From contig CAXXOA010000001.1 of NCBI GenBank assembly GCA_963666275.2, forward strand, positions 576,001 through 640,000: a DNA stretch of 64,000 nt, read 5' to 3'. The stretch is from Oceanispirochaeta sp. GTDB lineage: Bacteria > Spirochaetota > Spirochaetia > DSM-2461. Under the pieces are notes generated by a model. That model saw only the letters and a list, made by a program, of their open reading frames with translations, was not told where the DNA came from and did no database searches. Shown in pieces: positions 48,173 through 58,978 of this stretch (positions are counted from its first letter, which is position 1; every line of letters begins with the position of its first letter). A program made the position numbers and the translations under genes.

Positions 48173-49162
48173 ATGAGCGAGAAAACTGGAGTCAAATCCA
48201 TTGTCAATATTTTTCTGAAAGAGGTGGGCATCGGGGTGGTGCTGCTGGTACTGGTGGTTGCATTCAGTCTGGGAGCCCCCCGGTTCTTTTCCATTATCAA
48301 CGTAGCCAATATCTTTACCCAGATAAGCATTAATACTGTTATTGCTGTGGGAATGACTTTTGTCATCCTCCTGGGGGGGATCGATCTGTCGGTAGGGTCT
48401 GTTCTGGCCCTGTGTTCCATCATTGCCGGTAAGATCCTTGTCAATCCCAACCTGTCCCTGGGAATGGCTATTCTGCTTTCCGTGCTTGTCAGTATCCTTT
48501 CAGGTATGCTGATCGGGCTGATAAACGGCTACATTTCAGAAACATGGAAAATCCATTCCTTTATTGTGACTCTGGGTATGCTGAATATCGCCAGAGGGCT
48601 TGCCCTTCAGATCAGTCAGTCCCGGACCATTTTCAATTTTCCCAAAGCCTTCAACGACTTCGGGACAACCACCTATTTCCGGGTCCTTCCAGCCATTTTT
48701 CTTATTGCTCTGATCCTTGTGATAATGGGAAGCGTCATACTGCGAAGAACAGTGTTCGGCAGGATGATCTTTGCCATTGGAAACAACGAGGAATCGGTAC
48801 GGCTGTCGGGTCATAATGTGAAATTCTACAAAGTTCTGGCCTACACAATCTGCGGGGGAACCGTAGGAATCGCCACGATTATGTATATGCTCAGGATGAG
48901 CATCGCCAGTCCTATTCTGGGAGTGGGATTCGAACTCAATGCCATTGCAGCTGTTGTTATCGGCGGTACCAGCATGAGCGGCGGTAAAGGGTCTCTGATC
49001 GGAACATTCTTGGGAGCCTCTATCATGGGAGTTCTCAATAACGGTCTGCTTCTCATCGGTATGGGCGACTTCGCCCGGCAGATTGTTACGGGTATGATCA
49101 TCATTCTGGCTGTTATTCTGGATACCTACAGAACCAGATTTTCCGCCATTCTGAATGAATAG
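48173..49162 (+). CDS. Sugar ABC transporter permease (RbsC-like)
   Basis: GGIDLSVGS, FIVTLGM, FAIGNNEE, ELNAIAAVVIGGTSMSGG. Confidence 0.93.
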   Translation: MSEKTGVKSIVNIFLKEVGIGVVLLVLVVAFSLGAPRFFSIINVANIFTQISINTVIAVGMTFVILLGGIDLSVGSVLALCSIIAGKILVNPNLSLGMAILLSVLVSILSGMLIGLINGYISETWKIHSFIVTLGMLNIARGLALQISQSRTIFNFPKAFNDFGTTTYFRVLPAIFLIALILVIMGSVILRRTVFGRMIFAIGNNEESVRLSGHNVKFYKVLAYTICGGTVGIATIMYMLRMSIASPILGVGFELNAIAAVVIGGTSMSGGKGSLIGTFLGASIMGVLNNGLLLIGMGDFARQIVTGMIIILAVILDTYRTRFSAILNE

Positions 49163-49163
49163 G

Positions 49164-50717
49164 CTAATCTTCATAGGCTGCTGTCTCCGGAAATTTTCTT
49201 TCTGACAGAGAAGCAGTCTGTTTCAGTCCTTTTTTTCCCGGGGTAGTGAGTTTTCCCCTCCAGCTTCCCCGGGAAATCTCTCTGATTTCATCCTGCCGGA
49301 TAAGAGCGGAAATGCTCTCGCTTACATCATCCGGATCCCATGACCGGAGCTGACCGAACCCCGGAGATCTGTGGTAGCCTGCACTCCGCATTTCATGACT
49401 GTGCCTGCCCAGAAGGAACTCCGCCAGCTGATGGGATGAGAAGCGTTTTTTATACTGTTTGACAATCTCTGTAAGGGGTCCCGACAGGCTTTCTGTTTTT
49501 TCTACGTCCTTCCGGCACACATCGCAGTTGTCACAGTCTTCGGGCTCCGCTTCCAGTATGGCAAGAAGGCTCTCCCTGCGGCAGGTCGCCGTGTTCTCTG
49601 CAAAGGCTACAAGTTTCTCGTACCGCTCCCGGAGTTCCCTGCGGGGATTCTCTTTCTCCCTGTCTCTGTCTTCCGGATGGTAGAGCAGAACCGCCCGGCA
49701 GGGGGCCCTGTCCCGTCCGGCCCGGCCCGACTCCTGCAGATAGGCTTCCACTGAAGAGGGGAGAGCCAGGTGGATGACCGTGCGGATGTTACTTTTATCC
49801 ATGCCCATTCCATAAGCACATGTAGAACAGAGTATCCCCTTTTCTGAGTCAAAAAACCACTCTTCTGTCCGGCTGCGCAGAGCAGGGGACAAACCGGCGT
49901 GATAAAACCGGATCTCCTCATTACCCAGCCGCGCCCTCAGTTCCAGAGCAGTCTGCATGCAGCTCCGCCGGGTGGGGCAGAACACCAGGGCAGGAAGTTC
50001 TGCGGTTTGAAAAATCTCCTCCAGAGCCTTCATACGGGAGAGCATCGGTTTTACCTTATAATAAATATTCACCCTGTCCGGATTGGCCCTGACCAGGTTG
50101 TAGTAGTACCCCTCCAGCAGGTAGTGTTCAATCTTTTTCAGGATCAGAGGCGAAGCGGTAGCGGTGAAGGCGGTAATCTGATCGATCCGGAGTGCGGCGA
50201 AGGTTTTTCCCAGTTCCAGACAGGCGGGCCGGAAGGTCTCCCCCCACTCGGGAATCGTGTGGGCCTCGTCGATCACAAGATGGGATATCTCCACAGAAGC
50301 CAGCTTCTCCTGCACCTCCGGCAGGGTGAGCATCTCCGGGTTGGTCAGAAGGATCCGGGCTTTTCCCGAATGCACCTGCTCCCAGAGGAGCTTCTTCTCC
50401 TGTCCTGACATGCCCCCTTTCAGAAGTACCCCCTCCATTCCGGCTTCCTTCACCCGGCGCAGCTGGTCGGCCATCAGTCCCAGCAGGGGAAAGACCACAA
50501 CAGTCAGCCCCGGCAGCAGAAAGGCGGGGAGCATAAAGCAGAGGCTTTTACCCGCCCCCGTGGGGAGGAGCACAATCTGGTTGGGCGGGGCTTCGGCGGC
50601 TTCCTCTGCTGTGAAAAGCCCGGCTTTGCGGAGGATATTGCTGATGACAAGGCGCTGGTAGGGGAATAGGTAGGTTATGTTGAATTTTTCCCGGGCTGTT
50701 TTGGTTATTATGTCCAT
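49164..50717 (-). CDS. recQ: RecQ-family ATP-dependent DNA helicase (no HRDC domain evident)
   Basis: LPTGAGKSLCF, IDEAH, FTATA, YHAGL, YGMGMDKSNIR, QESGRAGRD, Zn motif CRR...CDNCDVC. Confidence 0.9.
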   Translation of the reverse strand: MDIITKTAREKFNITYLFPYQRLVISNILRKAGLFTAEEAAEAPPNQIVLLPTGAGKSLCFMLPAFLLPGLTVVVFPLLGLMADQLRRVKEAGMEGVLLKGGMSGQEKKLLWEQVHSGKARILLTNPEMLTLPEVQEKLASVEISHLVIDEAHTIPEWGETFRPACLELGKTFAALRIDQITAFTATASPLILKKIEHYLLEGYYYNLVRANPDRVNIYYKVKPMLSRMKALEEIFQTAELPALVFCPTRRSCMQTALELRARLGNEEIRFYHAGLSPALRSRTEEWFFDSEKGILCSTCAYGMGMDKSNIRTVIHLALPSSVEAYLQESGRAGRDRAPCRAVLLYHPEDRDREKENPRRELRERYEKLVAFAENTATCRRESLLAILEAEPEDCDNCDVCRKDVEKTESLSGPLTEIVKQYKKRFSSHQLAEFLLGRHSHEMRSAGYHRSPGFGQLRSWDPDDVSESISALIRQDEIREISRGSWRGKLTTPGKKGLKQTASLSERKFPETAAYED

Positions 50718-50762
50718 ATGGGAGTGATTACTGACGGGAATGGATTGGTGATTCAAAAAAGT

Positions 50763-50788
50763 AAAAAAAGGGGAGCCTGAGCTCCCCT
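50763..50788 (-). terminator. Intrinsic terminator of the minus-strand sugar operon
   Basis: AGGGGAGC-TCAG-GCTCCCC stem followed by seven T on the minus strand. Confidence 0.8.
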
Positions 50789-50808
50789 GAAATGTTCATT
50801 TTCTCAAA

Positions 50809-51489
50809 CTATTTCAAAATATCTGCCGTTGCAGTCTCTCCTGCAAGCCGTCCGATAACAAAAGCTTCAGTGAGTCCCTGGTCCATCTGATTGGCAGTCT
50901 CTCCGCCGATATAGAGCCCTTCGATGGCAGAGCCGTCCTCTCTCAGAGCCCGGGCTTTCAGATCGATCATAACGCCCCCTCTGGTCTGCTGGCTGGCAGG
51001 GGAGATCTTGGCACCGTAGTAGGCGGGAGTATCAATCCTGCTGAACATGGAGGCCTTTCTGCCGTACTCGGAATCCACACCTGCATCGTAGTTATCAGAT
51101 CCAACATAGATAAAGTCTCCTGCTTCAGGATTTAACCTTGAATTTACTGCAACTATGGGGATTCCTGCATCGTTACACATCTTGACCGCAGGCATGCTGC
51201 CTGTCCAGTCAATCGGATTTAGAATCACACCATCAACACCCAGTGAGATGAAAGTTTCAACAGCCGCCAACTGTTTTTCAATATCCTTCATAGGATCAAT
51301 GACTTTAACTTCCCATCCTTTGGCCTCAGCGGCTTTGAGGACTTCCTCTTTCATCAGATGCTGAAAAACATCCTGGTCACTGTGAAAGGTGTATCCGATT
51401 ACGATTTTTCCATCATCTTTCTGCCCATTGGCAAAAACACCATTGATGCCCATCAAAACAACCAACAAAACAAATAATGCTTTCTTCAT
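50809..51489 (-). pseudogene. Chimeric remnant: N-terminal half of a sugar SBP fused in frame to the C-terminal tail of an FAD-binding (flavocytochrome c/fumarate reductase-like) protein
   Basis: SBP sequence up to YVGSDNYDAG, then VDSEYGR...YYGAKISPA..TRGGVMID...EDGSAIEGLYIGGE...GRLAG. Confidence 0.75.
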
Positions 51490-51507
51490 AAAAATCACCC
51501 TGTTTTA

Positions 51508-52497
51508 TCAACTTTTCTTTTTATTCTGGTCAATCAATACTGCTATAACAATTATGAAGCCTTTGACCAGCTGCTGCCAATACATATTGATATTCAGAAG
51601 GTCCATACCGTTGTTAATAACACCGATTACAAGAGCACCTGAAATGGTTCCGAAAACACTCCCCATACCCCCGGTCAGACTCGTACCGCCGATAACGGCT
51701 CCGGCAATGGCATCCAGTTCGAACCCCACTCCTAATCCGGGCTGTCCGGAACTGATACGGGCTGTAAGGATAACTCCGGAAAGACTGGCCAGTAGTCCCG
51801 CCAGGGCATAAACAAAGATTTTCACCCTATCTACGTTGATACCGGATATGATGGAAGCCTGCTCGTTTCCTCCCAGACCATAAATATGCCGCCCGACCCG
51901 GGTATTATTCAGGAGAACATGCATACAGACGGCGCAAATAGCAAGGATGAGAATAGGAACGGGGATCCCGAAAATCTTTCCAGCACCCAGAAAGATAAAC
52001 GAGTCGCTTAAGTCCCCGATTGGTCTGCCGTTTGAAAAAATAAGTGCGGCACCTCTGGCGGCCGTAAACATACCGAGGGTCATGATGAAAGGGGGTATTT
52101 TCCCTTTGGCAATGACAAATCCGTTCAGCGCCCCGCAAAGGGTTCCTACCAGAAGTCCCATAAGAACCGGGACGATAACCGGGTAGGTTCCAGGATGAGC
52201 AAAGCTGGCCGCCACAACCGAAGTGAGCCCCACAATTGAACCGGATGACAGATCGATCCCAGTGGTAATAATGATATTTGTAACACCGATCCCAATTAGA
52301 GCTATAAATGTTATCTGTCTGACGATATTCATAAGGTTATATACAGTCAGGAAATAGGGCGATAAGATTGATAGCAGTATCACCATAAGAACCAGAACGA
52401 GAAAAATCCCGAATCGATCATATATATCCCACAATGACAAGGATAAAGACTTCATTTTAAATCTCTTCTTGTCTTTAATACTTTCCGAATTATTCAT
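51508..52497 (-). CDS. Sugar ABC transporter permease (RbsC/inositol type)
   Basis: [36 protein letters not shown]. Start placed after GAGGAG; 52515 is the alternative. Confidence 0.92.
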   Translation of the reverse strand: MNNSESIKDKKRFKMKSLSLSLWDIYDRFGIFLVLVLMVILLSILSPYFLTVYNLMNIVRQITFIALIGIGVTNIIITTGIDLSSGSIVGLTSVVAASFAHPGTYPVIVPVLMGLLVGTLCGALNGFVIAKGKIPPFIMTLGMFTAARGAALIFSNGRPIGDLSDSFIFLGAGKIFGIPVPILILAICAVCMHVLLNNTRVGRHIYGLGGNEQASIISGINVDRVKIFVYALAGLLASLSGVILTARISSGQPGLGVGFELDAIAGAVIGGTSLTGGMGSVFGTISGALVIGVINNGMDLLNINMYWQQLVKGFIIVIAVLIDQNKKKS

Positions 52498-52536
52498 TTT
52501 ATTATTACTCCTCATAAGGTAGCTGCCGCTTTCCTG

Positions 52537-54039
52537 TTAATCCCTTACAACAGCAGTCGCGTATTCCATAACTTTTTCCTGAGTGGCAACTTTTCCATCC
52601 AGAATCCCTGTCACTCTTCCTTCATGCATAACGACGATCCTGTCGCTCATACCCAGAACTTCCGGTAGTTCCGAAGAAATCATAATGACCGATTTTCCCT
52701 GCCGTGCCAGATTGGTCATAAACTTATGGATTTCGGATTTTGCCCCAACGTCAATTCCTCTGGTCGGCTCATCCAGGATTATGATCTGCGGATCAGTTAC
52801 AACCCAGCGGGAGATAATGACCTTCTGCTGGTTACCACCGCTTAAGTTTTTAATCTTCTGATTCATATTGGGAGTCTTGATGGCAAACCACTCTTTACCT
52901 TCGGCACAGGTCTTTTCAATATTTTTTTTCTTTAAAAAGCCGAACTTGGAAAAATTTTTCAGACTGGGCATTATCATGTTGTCCCGAACGGAAAGGGGCA
53001 GAAAAAGTCCCGTCAGTTTCCTGTCCTCGGTAATAAGAGCAACCTTCGCTTTAATGGCTTCTTTGGGATTTTTAAAGTCCACGACCCGGCCGTTTAATAC
53101 AATTGTTCCGGATTCTGCTTTTTTATAACCGAAAATAGCTTCCATCACTTCAGTCCGGCCGGCACCCATAAGTCCGGCGAATCCCAGGATTTCCCCTTTT
53201 TTCAAATCAAAATTCACATCCTGGAAAACACCTTTTTTCGTCAGTCCTTCTACGGACATTACCACTTCGCCCAGAGGGACTTCCTCTTTGGGGAACATAT
53301 GGGTTATTTCCCGACCGACCATTAATTCGATGAGTTTTTGATTATTCAGGTTTTCCGCCCGTTCCGAGCCGATATACTGACCGTCCCGAAAAACCGTAAT
53401 ATCATCGGCGATTTGGAAAACTTCATCCATTTTGTGAGTAATAAAGATGAAAGATACACCTTTTTCTCTAAGTTCTTTTACAATTTCAAATAGATGATCA
53501 CACTCTTTTTCTGTAATAGCAGAAGTGGGCTCATCCATAATGATCAGCTTGGAGTTGTAGGAAATAGCTTTGGCGATCTCTATCATCTGGGTTTGAGCAA
53601 CGCTGAGATCTACAAGTTTCTCTTTCGGATCAATATCTATTTTAAGATTATTCAGCAAATCCCTTGTATCCTGAATCATTTTTTTCTTATCCAGGAAGAA
53701 TGATTTGTCTTTTACCGGTTCACGGCCAATATAGATATTCTCTGCGACCGTCATATTGGGGATGGGATTCAGTTCCTGAAAAATCATGGATATCCCGTTA
53801 TGGAGCGCAAAGTTTGTATTCTTTATCTCGATCTGTTTTCCATCAAAAAAGATTTCTCCCTCATCTTTCGGATTTATCCCTATTAATATTTTCATTAACG
53901 TGGACTTTCCTGCACCGTTTTCTCCCATGAGCGCGTGGACAGTCCCTTTTCTGACATGAAGCTGCACATTGTCCAGGGCTTTTACTCCCGGAAAAGATTT
54001 GCTTATGTTCTTCATTGATAAAATATAGTCATCATTCAT
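52537..54039 (-). CDS. Sugar ABC transporter ATP-binding protein (MglA/RbsA-like)
   Basis: [35 protein letters not shown]. Confidence 0.95.
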   Translation of the reverse strand: MNDDYILSMKNISKSFPGVKALDNVQLHVRKGTVHALMGENGAGKSTLMKILIGINPKDEGEIFFDGKQIEIKNTNFALHNGISMIFQELNPIPNMTVAENIYIGREPVKDKSFFLDKKKMIQDTRDLLNNLKIDIDPKEKLVDLSVAQTQMIEIAKAISYNSKLIIMDEPTSAITEKECDHLFEIVKELREKGVSFIFITHKMDEVFQIADDITVFRDGQYIGSERAENLNNQKLIELMVGREITHMFPKEEVPLGEVVMSVEGLTKKGVFQDVNFDLKKGEILGFAGLMGAGRTEVMEAIFGYKKAESGTIVLNGRVVDFKNPKEAIKAKVALITEDRKLTGLFLPLSVRDNMIMPSLKNFSKFGFLKKKNIEKTCAEGKEWFAIKTPNMNQKIKNLSGGNQQKVIISRWVVTDPQIIILDEPTRGIDVGAKSEIHKFMTNLARQGKSVIMISSELPEVLGMSDRIVVMHEGRVTGILDGKVATQEKVMEYATAVVRD

Positions 54040-54128
54040 TTTACTTATTCCTTTACAATATGGGGAACATGTCCCATACGGGAAGCGTCCCGGATGAAAC
54101 CTCCGGGACAGTTTTATAGATTCTTTAA

Positions 54129-55064
54129 TTATTTATATTTAGCAATGTATTCATCAGCCAGGGCTTTTGTTACAAGCTCATAGGGAACATCAACATAGGA
54201 TTCCACAGATCCGCCCTGAACAACTTTTACGGCAGTTTCTACAGCTACATACCCTTGGCCGTACCCATTCTGGAAAACCGTACAAGCCATGGTATCGTTT
54301 TTCAGGTATCTAAGGGCATCGGGTGTGGCATCGATACCGGCTACAAGGATATCCCGTCCGGACTCTGCAATAGCCAGAGCCGCTCCAATAGCCATTTCAT
54401 CGTTATTTGCCACAACCGCATCAATATCGAGACCGGCCTGCAGCCAGTTTTCCATAACACGCATACCTTCGTCTCTCATCCATTTTCCGGTTTGTTCGGC
54501 AATAACAGTCATGCCGGGAAAATTTTCAATGATTTCTTTATTCCCCGCAGTTCTGTCACGGGAAGCCTGGTTTTTGGGGTCTCCCACCAGAATGGCAATA
54601 TTTCCTTCCCCACCCAGCATATCTGCAATCGCTTCCATCTGAAGAAGTCCGGATAATTTATGATCCGAACCGATATAGCTGGTATGTTCCGAGCTGACTT
54701 CTGAATTCGTCGCGATAAGAGGGATACCAGCTTCTTTGCATAAGTTACTGATAGGCTGGGTAGCGCTTGTGTCCACTGGTTTGATAACGATGGCATCTAC
54801 TTTTCGTGCAATCAGATTTTCAACCTGAGAGTTCTGAATCTGCAGATCCAGTTTCGCATCCAGAATAATAACTTCCACTTCCGGATGATCTACTCCATAA
54901 CCGGCTGCGCCATCGGCAACATAGGCCATAAAATCCGAAACATAATCGAAGGTACAACCTATAGTGATTTTACCATCATCTTCTTGTGCTCCTTCCGCCG
55001 CTATGGGCAGAGTAATAAGAGCCAGTGCTGCCAAAATCACAATCTTTTTTAGATTTCTAAACAT
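54129..55064 (-). CDS. Sugar ABC transporter substrate-binding protein
   Basis: Signal peptide ..[36 protein letters not shown]. Start at the ATG at 55064 after GGAGG. Confidence 0.92.
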   Translation of the reverse strand: MFRNLKKIVILAALALITLPIAAEGAQEDDGKITIGCTFDYVSDFMAYVADGAAGYGVDHPEVEVIILDAKLDLQIQNSQVENLIARKVDAIVIKPVDTSATQPISNLCKEAGIPLIATNSEVSSEHTSYIGSDHKLSGLLQMEAIADMLGGEGNIAILVGDPKNQASRDRTAGNKEIIENFPGMTVIAEQTGKWMRDEGMRVMENWLQAGLDIDAVVANNDEMAIGAALAIAESGRDILVAGIDATPDALRYLKNDTMACTVFQNGYGQGYVAVETAVKVVQGGSVESYVDVPYELVTKALADEYIAKYK

Positions 55065-55132
55065 TTCATCCTCCAAATTGATTCTCTGTATCAAGAATCT
55101 CCTTTTTATTTAAAGCTGATAAAAGACAGCTT

Positions 55133-56382
55133 TTAACCTTTGTTATATTTCTTGACCGCTTCAAACATAGCCACCATATTTTCTACGGGGGTCATGGCCT
55201 GAACATTATGAATAGCGTTGAAAACGAATCCGCCGTTCTTTCCCATAATTTCACAGGTTTCCAGCACTTCTTTCGTTACTGCGTCGGGAGTTCCGAAGGG
55301 TAGAGTATGCTGGGTATCTACACCACCACCCCAGAAAACAACACGATTACTGTATTTCTTTTTTAGTGTTTCCCTATCCATACCAGTGGCGGTCCACTGA
55401 ACCGGATTGATGATATCAAAGCCTGCTTCGATAAAAGAATCGATAAAAGGATCTACAGCTCCGCAGGAATGTTTGAAAGTTTTCATTTGGTATTTTCATG
55501 TATCCATTTATTTATCTTGGTGTGGTAGGGCATATGCAGTTCTTTGTAGGAATCGGGGGAACAGATCGGGGCAATCTGGGTTCCAAAGTCGGTTCCGCAG
55601 ACAAAAGCATGTTGTATCTTATCGCTCACTATTTCATGGATCTTTTTCAGGTTTTCAATAGCGATATCAGTTTGATATTCAAAGACTTTATGAAGATAAT
55701 CCGGATATAAAAGTGTTGCAGTGTACCACTCCTCTACATCACGAATCCCTTTGGGGCTCTTAAGCATCGATCCTGGAACCATAGAAACATCTCCGATAGC
55801 GGTTCCGCCGAAGTTGCCGGCTACCCATTTGGTGCTATCCGCTTTTTCTATAGCATCCTTATAGAAATCGAGAACATCCTGGCTGACAGGATTATATTCT
55901 TCTACATTATCATGCCAGTCCATTTTATCTTCTTCGATTTTTTCCTGTCTGTGAGTGGCATCAAAGAAGTAGCTGCTTTCAGGCATATAGGCAGAAGGCT
56001 CAAAGGAGGTATCTCCTTGGGCATAAGCATAAAAGCCACCGCCGTCTTTTTCTCTTATCGTGACATCTCCGCCTATCAGGACGGTCTGCCCCCACCAGGT
56101 CTGATATTCTTTCCAATTATCCTGCTTCGTCCCAAACATGTTGTAGGGATTCCATATAGCATCTGTATCAATCCCGATAGCTTCTTTAAGATCGTTTTCT
56201 ATGACCCCAAGGAACTGATAGGGACAGGCTATTTTTACAGGGCGCTTTTCAAGACCATAGTAGTCTCTCAGACCTTCAATAACAGAACAGTGAATGCCTG
56301 ATACAGGATTAGCTCCGAAATCTATCGGAAGAGGTCCTTCCTCAAAGGACATGGCTTTTCTGAATTTCTCATGCGAATTCAT
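55133..56382 (-). pseudogene. Frameshifted UroD/methyltransferase-family gene (paralogue of 25673-26935)
   Basis: ORFs 55483-56382 and 55133-55486 are the two halves. ACC AAA TG AAA ACT TTC lacks one base compared with the paralogue's ...W K T F K H S C G. Confidence 0.8.
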
Positions 56383-56563
56383 GAAAATCTCCTTATTTAC
56401 TGAGATAATTATTTTTTGAATTTCAAAAATTTCAGATGAGAATAAAAAGCAGTAGATTTGACAAATTGATAGGATAATTTGTATATTACATATTGCTAGT
56501 ATGTGGTATCAGTGGGCGTTCCGCCCCTGGTACTGCTTCTTAACCTCTCATTTAATAAAAATA

Positions 56564-57796
56564 TTAAATCCCTCCTTTAATTTTATCTGTTATGAGATAA
56601 TATAGCTTTTCTAAAATAAGAGCATATGCACCATCTAATTCAATATCTTCCCCTAATTCAGACATTTCAACTTCAACGGTTTCGGCGATAACAGGATAGG
56701 CATGCCGTCTGATATAGGATTCAATATCTCTTAACATAATCTGGACTGGTAACCCATTAATCTCATTAGTTGAAATGATTATTTTATCCGGGCTGAACAT
56801 ATTAATTATAATAACTGCCCCTACAGCAACTTTATGAGCATGGTTCCGTATAACCTCAATAGCTTTATATTCACCATCCTGGGCCAGATGGAAAATGTTA
56901 GTTAAACGATCTAATAGTTCTTTGTCATCTTGTACATCAGCTGTCCCATCATACTCTTTGACGATATTGCTGAATTTGGCCACAAGGTTTAAACATCCTT
57001 TATTCCCGCAGAAACAGAGATCTCCGTCCATATTTACTGTGGTATGACCGATTTCAAATGAGATCCCATCGTGTCCTGTGAATAATTGCCCATTGATGAT
57101 GGCTCCGGCTCCTGTGCCGATACCGATGGAATATTCGACAAAGTTTCGACAACTCTGGCCTTTTCCAAACCAACCCTCAGCTAAAGCACTCAAATTGGAA
57201 TTATTTTCCAAATAGACAGGGAGACCAATGTGCTGTTCAAGATATTCAGCTAAATGTATTTTCTCACGGCTGAAAGGAATATCAGATTTTTCATGGCCCG
57301 GTGCCATCGATCTATTGTAAATAATCCCCTGGCTGGAGCTTACAGCTCCAGGAACTGCAATGGCAATTGCCAGGATTTTATCTTTATCGACGGCGGCCTT
57401 ATTGACAATCAACTCAATAAGTTTTCTCACGTCCATATTGATATTATCATTGGCATGATACGCTATGCCGTTCGGAAGATCTTCTCTGACAATGACATTT
57501 CCACTAATATCAATTAAAGATCCGGTAAGGGATATTCTACCAATTCGGATGACCAATCCGTAAAAAAAGCCTTCAGAAAAAAGCAGGCCTTTATTACGCT
57601 TCGTTTCTTCCTTATCTTCCTGAATTATACCTTTCTCAAGATATACATTTACAATCTTTGAAATAGCAGGTTTTGTTAAACCGACTTGTACGGCAAGATC
57701 GGCACGGGTGATCCCGGGATGTTTTTTGATCAGTTTCAGGACAAGGGATCTATTATGTATTCTGCTACTATCATGATTGAGCCCGATTACCTGCAT
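56564..57796 (-). CDS. ROK-family transcriptional regulator
   Basis: HTH ITRADLAVQVGLTKPAISKIV; ENNSNLSALAE, GIGTGAG, EIGHTTV...CFCGNKGCL. Confidence 0.92.
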   Translation of the reverse strand: MQVIGLNHDSSRIHNRSLVLKLIKKHPGITRADLAVQVGLTKPAISKIVNVYLEKGIIQEDKEETKRNKGLLFSEGFFYGLVIRIGRISLTGSLIDISGNVIVREDLPNGIAYHANDNINMDVRKLIELIVNKAAVDKDKILAIAIAVPGAVSSSQGIIYNRSMAPGHEKSDIPFSREKIHLAEYLEQHIGLPVYLENNSNLSALAEGWFGKGQSCRNFVEYSIGIGTGAGAIINGQLFTGHDGISFEIGHTTVNMDGDLCFCGNKGCLNLVAKFSNIVKEYDGTADVQDDKELLDRLTNIFHLAQDGEYKAIEVIRNHAHKVAVGAVIIINMFSPDKIIISTNEINGLPVQIMLRDIESYIRRHAYPVIAETVEVEMSELGEDIELDGAYALILEKLYYLITDKIKGGI

Positions 57797-57852
57797 GGAC
57801 AACAAATCCCCCTTATTGATCATTAACAACGGCTAAAAGCAAACAAAAAACA

Positions 57853-57907
57853 CTAGCTAAGAAAACGTTGTTAACTAATTATGTTCATGGTATTATCTAG
57901 ATGTCAA
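57853..57907 (-). promoter_or_regulatory. Promoter for the ROK gene with an adjacent imperfect inverted repeat (possible operator)
   Basis: Minus strand TTGACA-18-CATAAT, followed by TTAGTTAACAA...TTCTTAGCTAG. Confidence 0.45.
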
Positions 57908-57996
57908 GATTATTTATAAAAAACTAAAGATATCCAAAATGGATGTTCCAGTTTCGTACTGAAACTTGATTAACCCGTCTTCAGGAGGGCCTGTTT

Positions 57997-58851
57997 GTGA
58001 ATGATCAATGGAGTAATAACAATATCAAGTGTACATTTAGGAAAATCTCTTCACCTAGAATAGTATCTGTTATCCTTTCTGAAGAGAATCATGCCAAACT
58101 TCCACGGGTTATGCACTCCCATGACGACCGGCTTGAAATAATCCTTATCCGCCATGGGAACGGTTTTCACAATATAGACGGTAACAGGTATATGACATGC
58201 CGAGGAGACTTGATTATATACAATAGCGGTGCCGTTCATGATGAATGTGCAAGTATAGAATCGGGTATGAGCCTTTTCTTTTGCGCCCTTAAGGATGTCC
58301 ATTTCGCAGACCTGGAAAAAAACAAGCTTATTAAAGAGAACTGTCTGCCTGTAATTAAAAGCGGCTCTTGTTTCAACGATCTGGAATTCCTTTTCTCGAT
58401 ACTGCATGAGCAGTCCAAAAACGGGGATCCTGATTTGGTGGAATATTCAGACCATATTCTTAAAGCTTTTTTAATACATGTTCATAAACTGGTTCAGGAA
58501 CAAAGCATTCGGATTCAAGACAAGGAAAAGCTTCTAGGTGACAGAATACGAGATTATTTAGACACCTACTATGCTGAAGAGATAAATCTTCAATCTATAG
58601 CTGAAAATATGGGAATCAGTATATTCCATCTGTCGCGTGTTTTTAAAACGGCGACAGGCTACTCTCCCCGGCAATATATTATACGAAGACGGATAGGAAA
58701 AGCCCAGTCAGAGCTTTTGTACACTTCTCGCAGTGTTTCTGAAATAGCATATAGAGTCGGTTTTAACAATGCCAATCATTTTAACAATACATTCAACAAG
58801 ATTATTGGGATGAATCCAGGGAAATACAGGAAATACTGGGCAGAGGTATAA
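57997..58851 (+). CDS. AraC-family transcriptional regulator (cupin + HTH)
   Basis: HSHDDRLE cupin; HLSRVFK..GYSP..Y...RIGKA..L, EIAYRVGF...F.K..GMNPGKYR. Confidence 0.93.
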   Translation: MNDQWSNNNIKCTFRKISSPRIVSVILSEENHAKLPRVMHSHDDRLEIILIRHGNGFHNIDGNRYMTCRGDLIIYNSGAVHDECASIESGMSLFFCALKDVHFADLEKNKLIKENCLPVIKSGSCFNDLEFLFSILHEQSKNGDPDLVEYSDHILKAFLIHVHKLVQEQSIRIQDKEKLLGDRIRDYLDTYYAEEINLQSIAENMGISIFHLSRVFKTATGYSPRQYIIRRRIGKAQSELLYTSRSVSEIAYRVGFNNANHFNNTFNKIIGMNPGKYRKYWAEV

Positions 58852-58978
58852 ACCGCAAGATTTTGTAGTTTTATCGATTTGACATCATGAAATACCTAAA
58901 ATATCCAGCAAATAAATTGAGTCTTCTTCGGGTACAACGAATCTATACTATTTGAATTACAAATAGAAGGAGTCTGTC

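Noticed and set aside
49164..50717. RecQ as part of an anti-phage defence system
   Set aside because: Ordinary stand-alone RecQ architecture with no defence-type neighbours.
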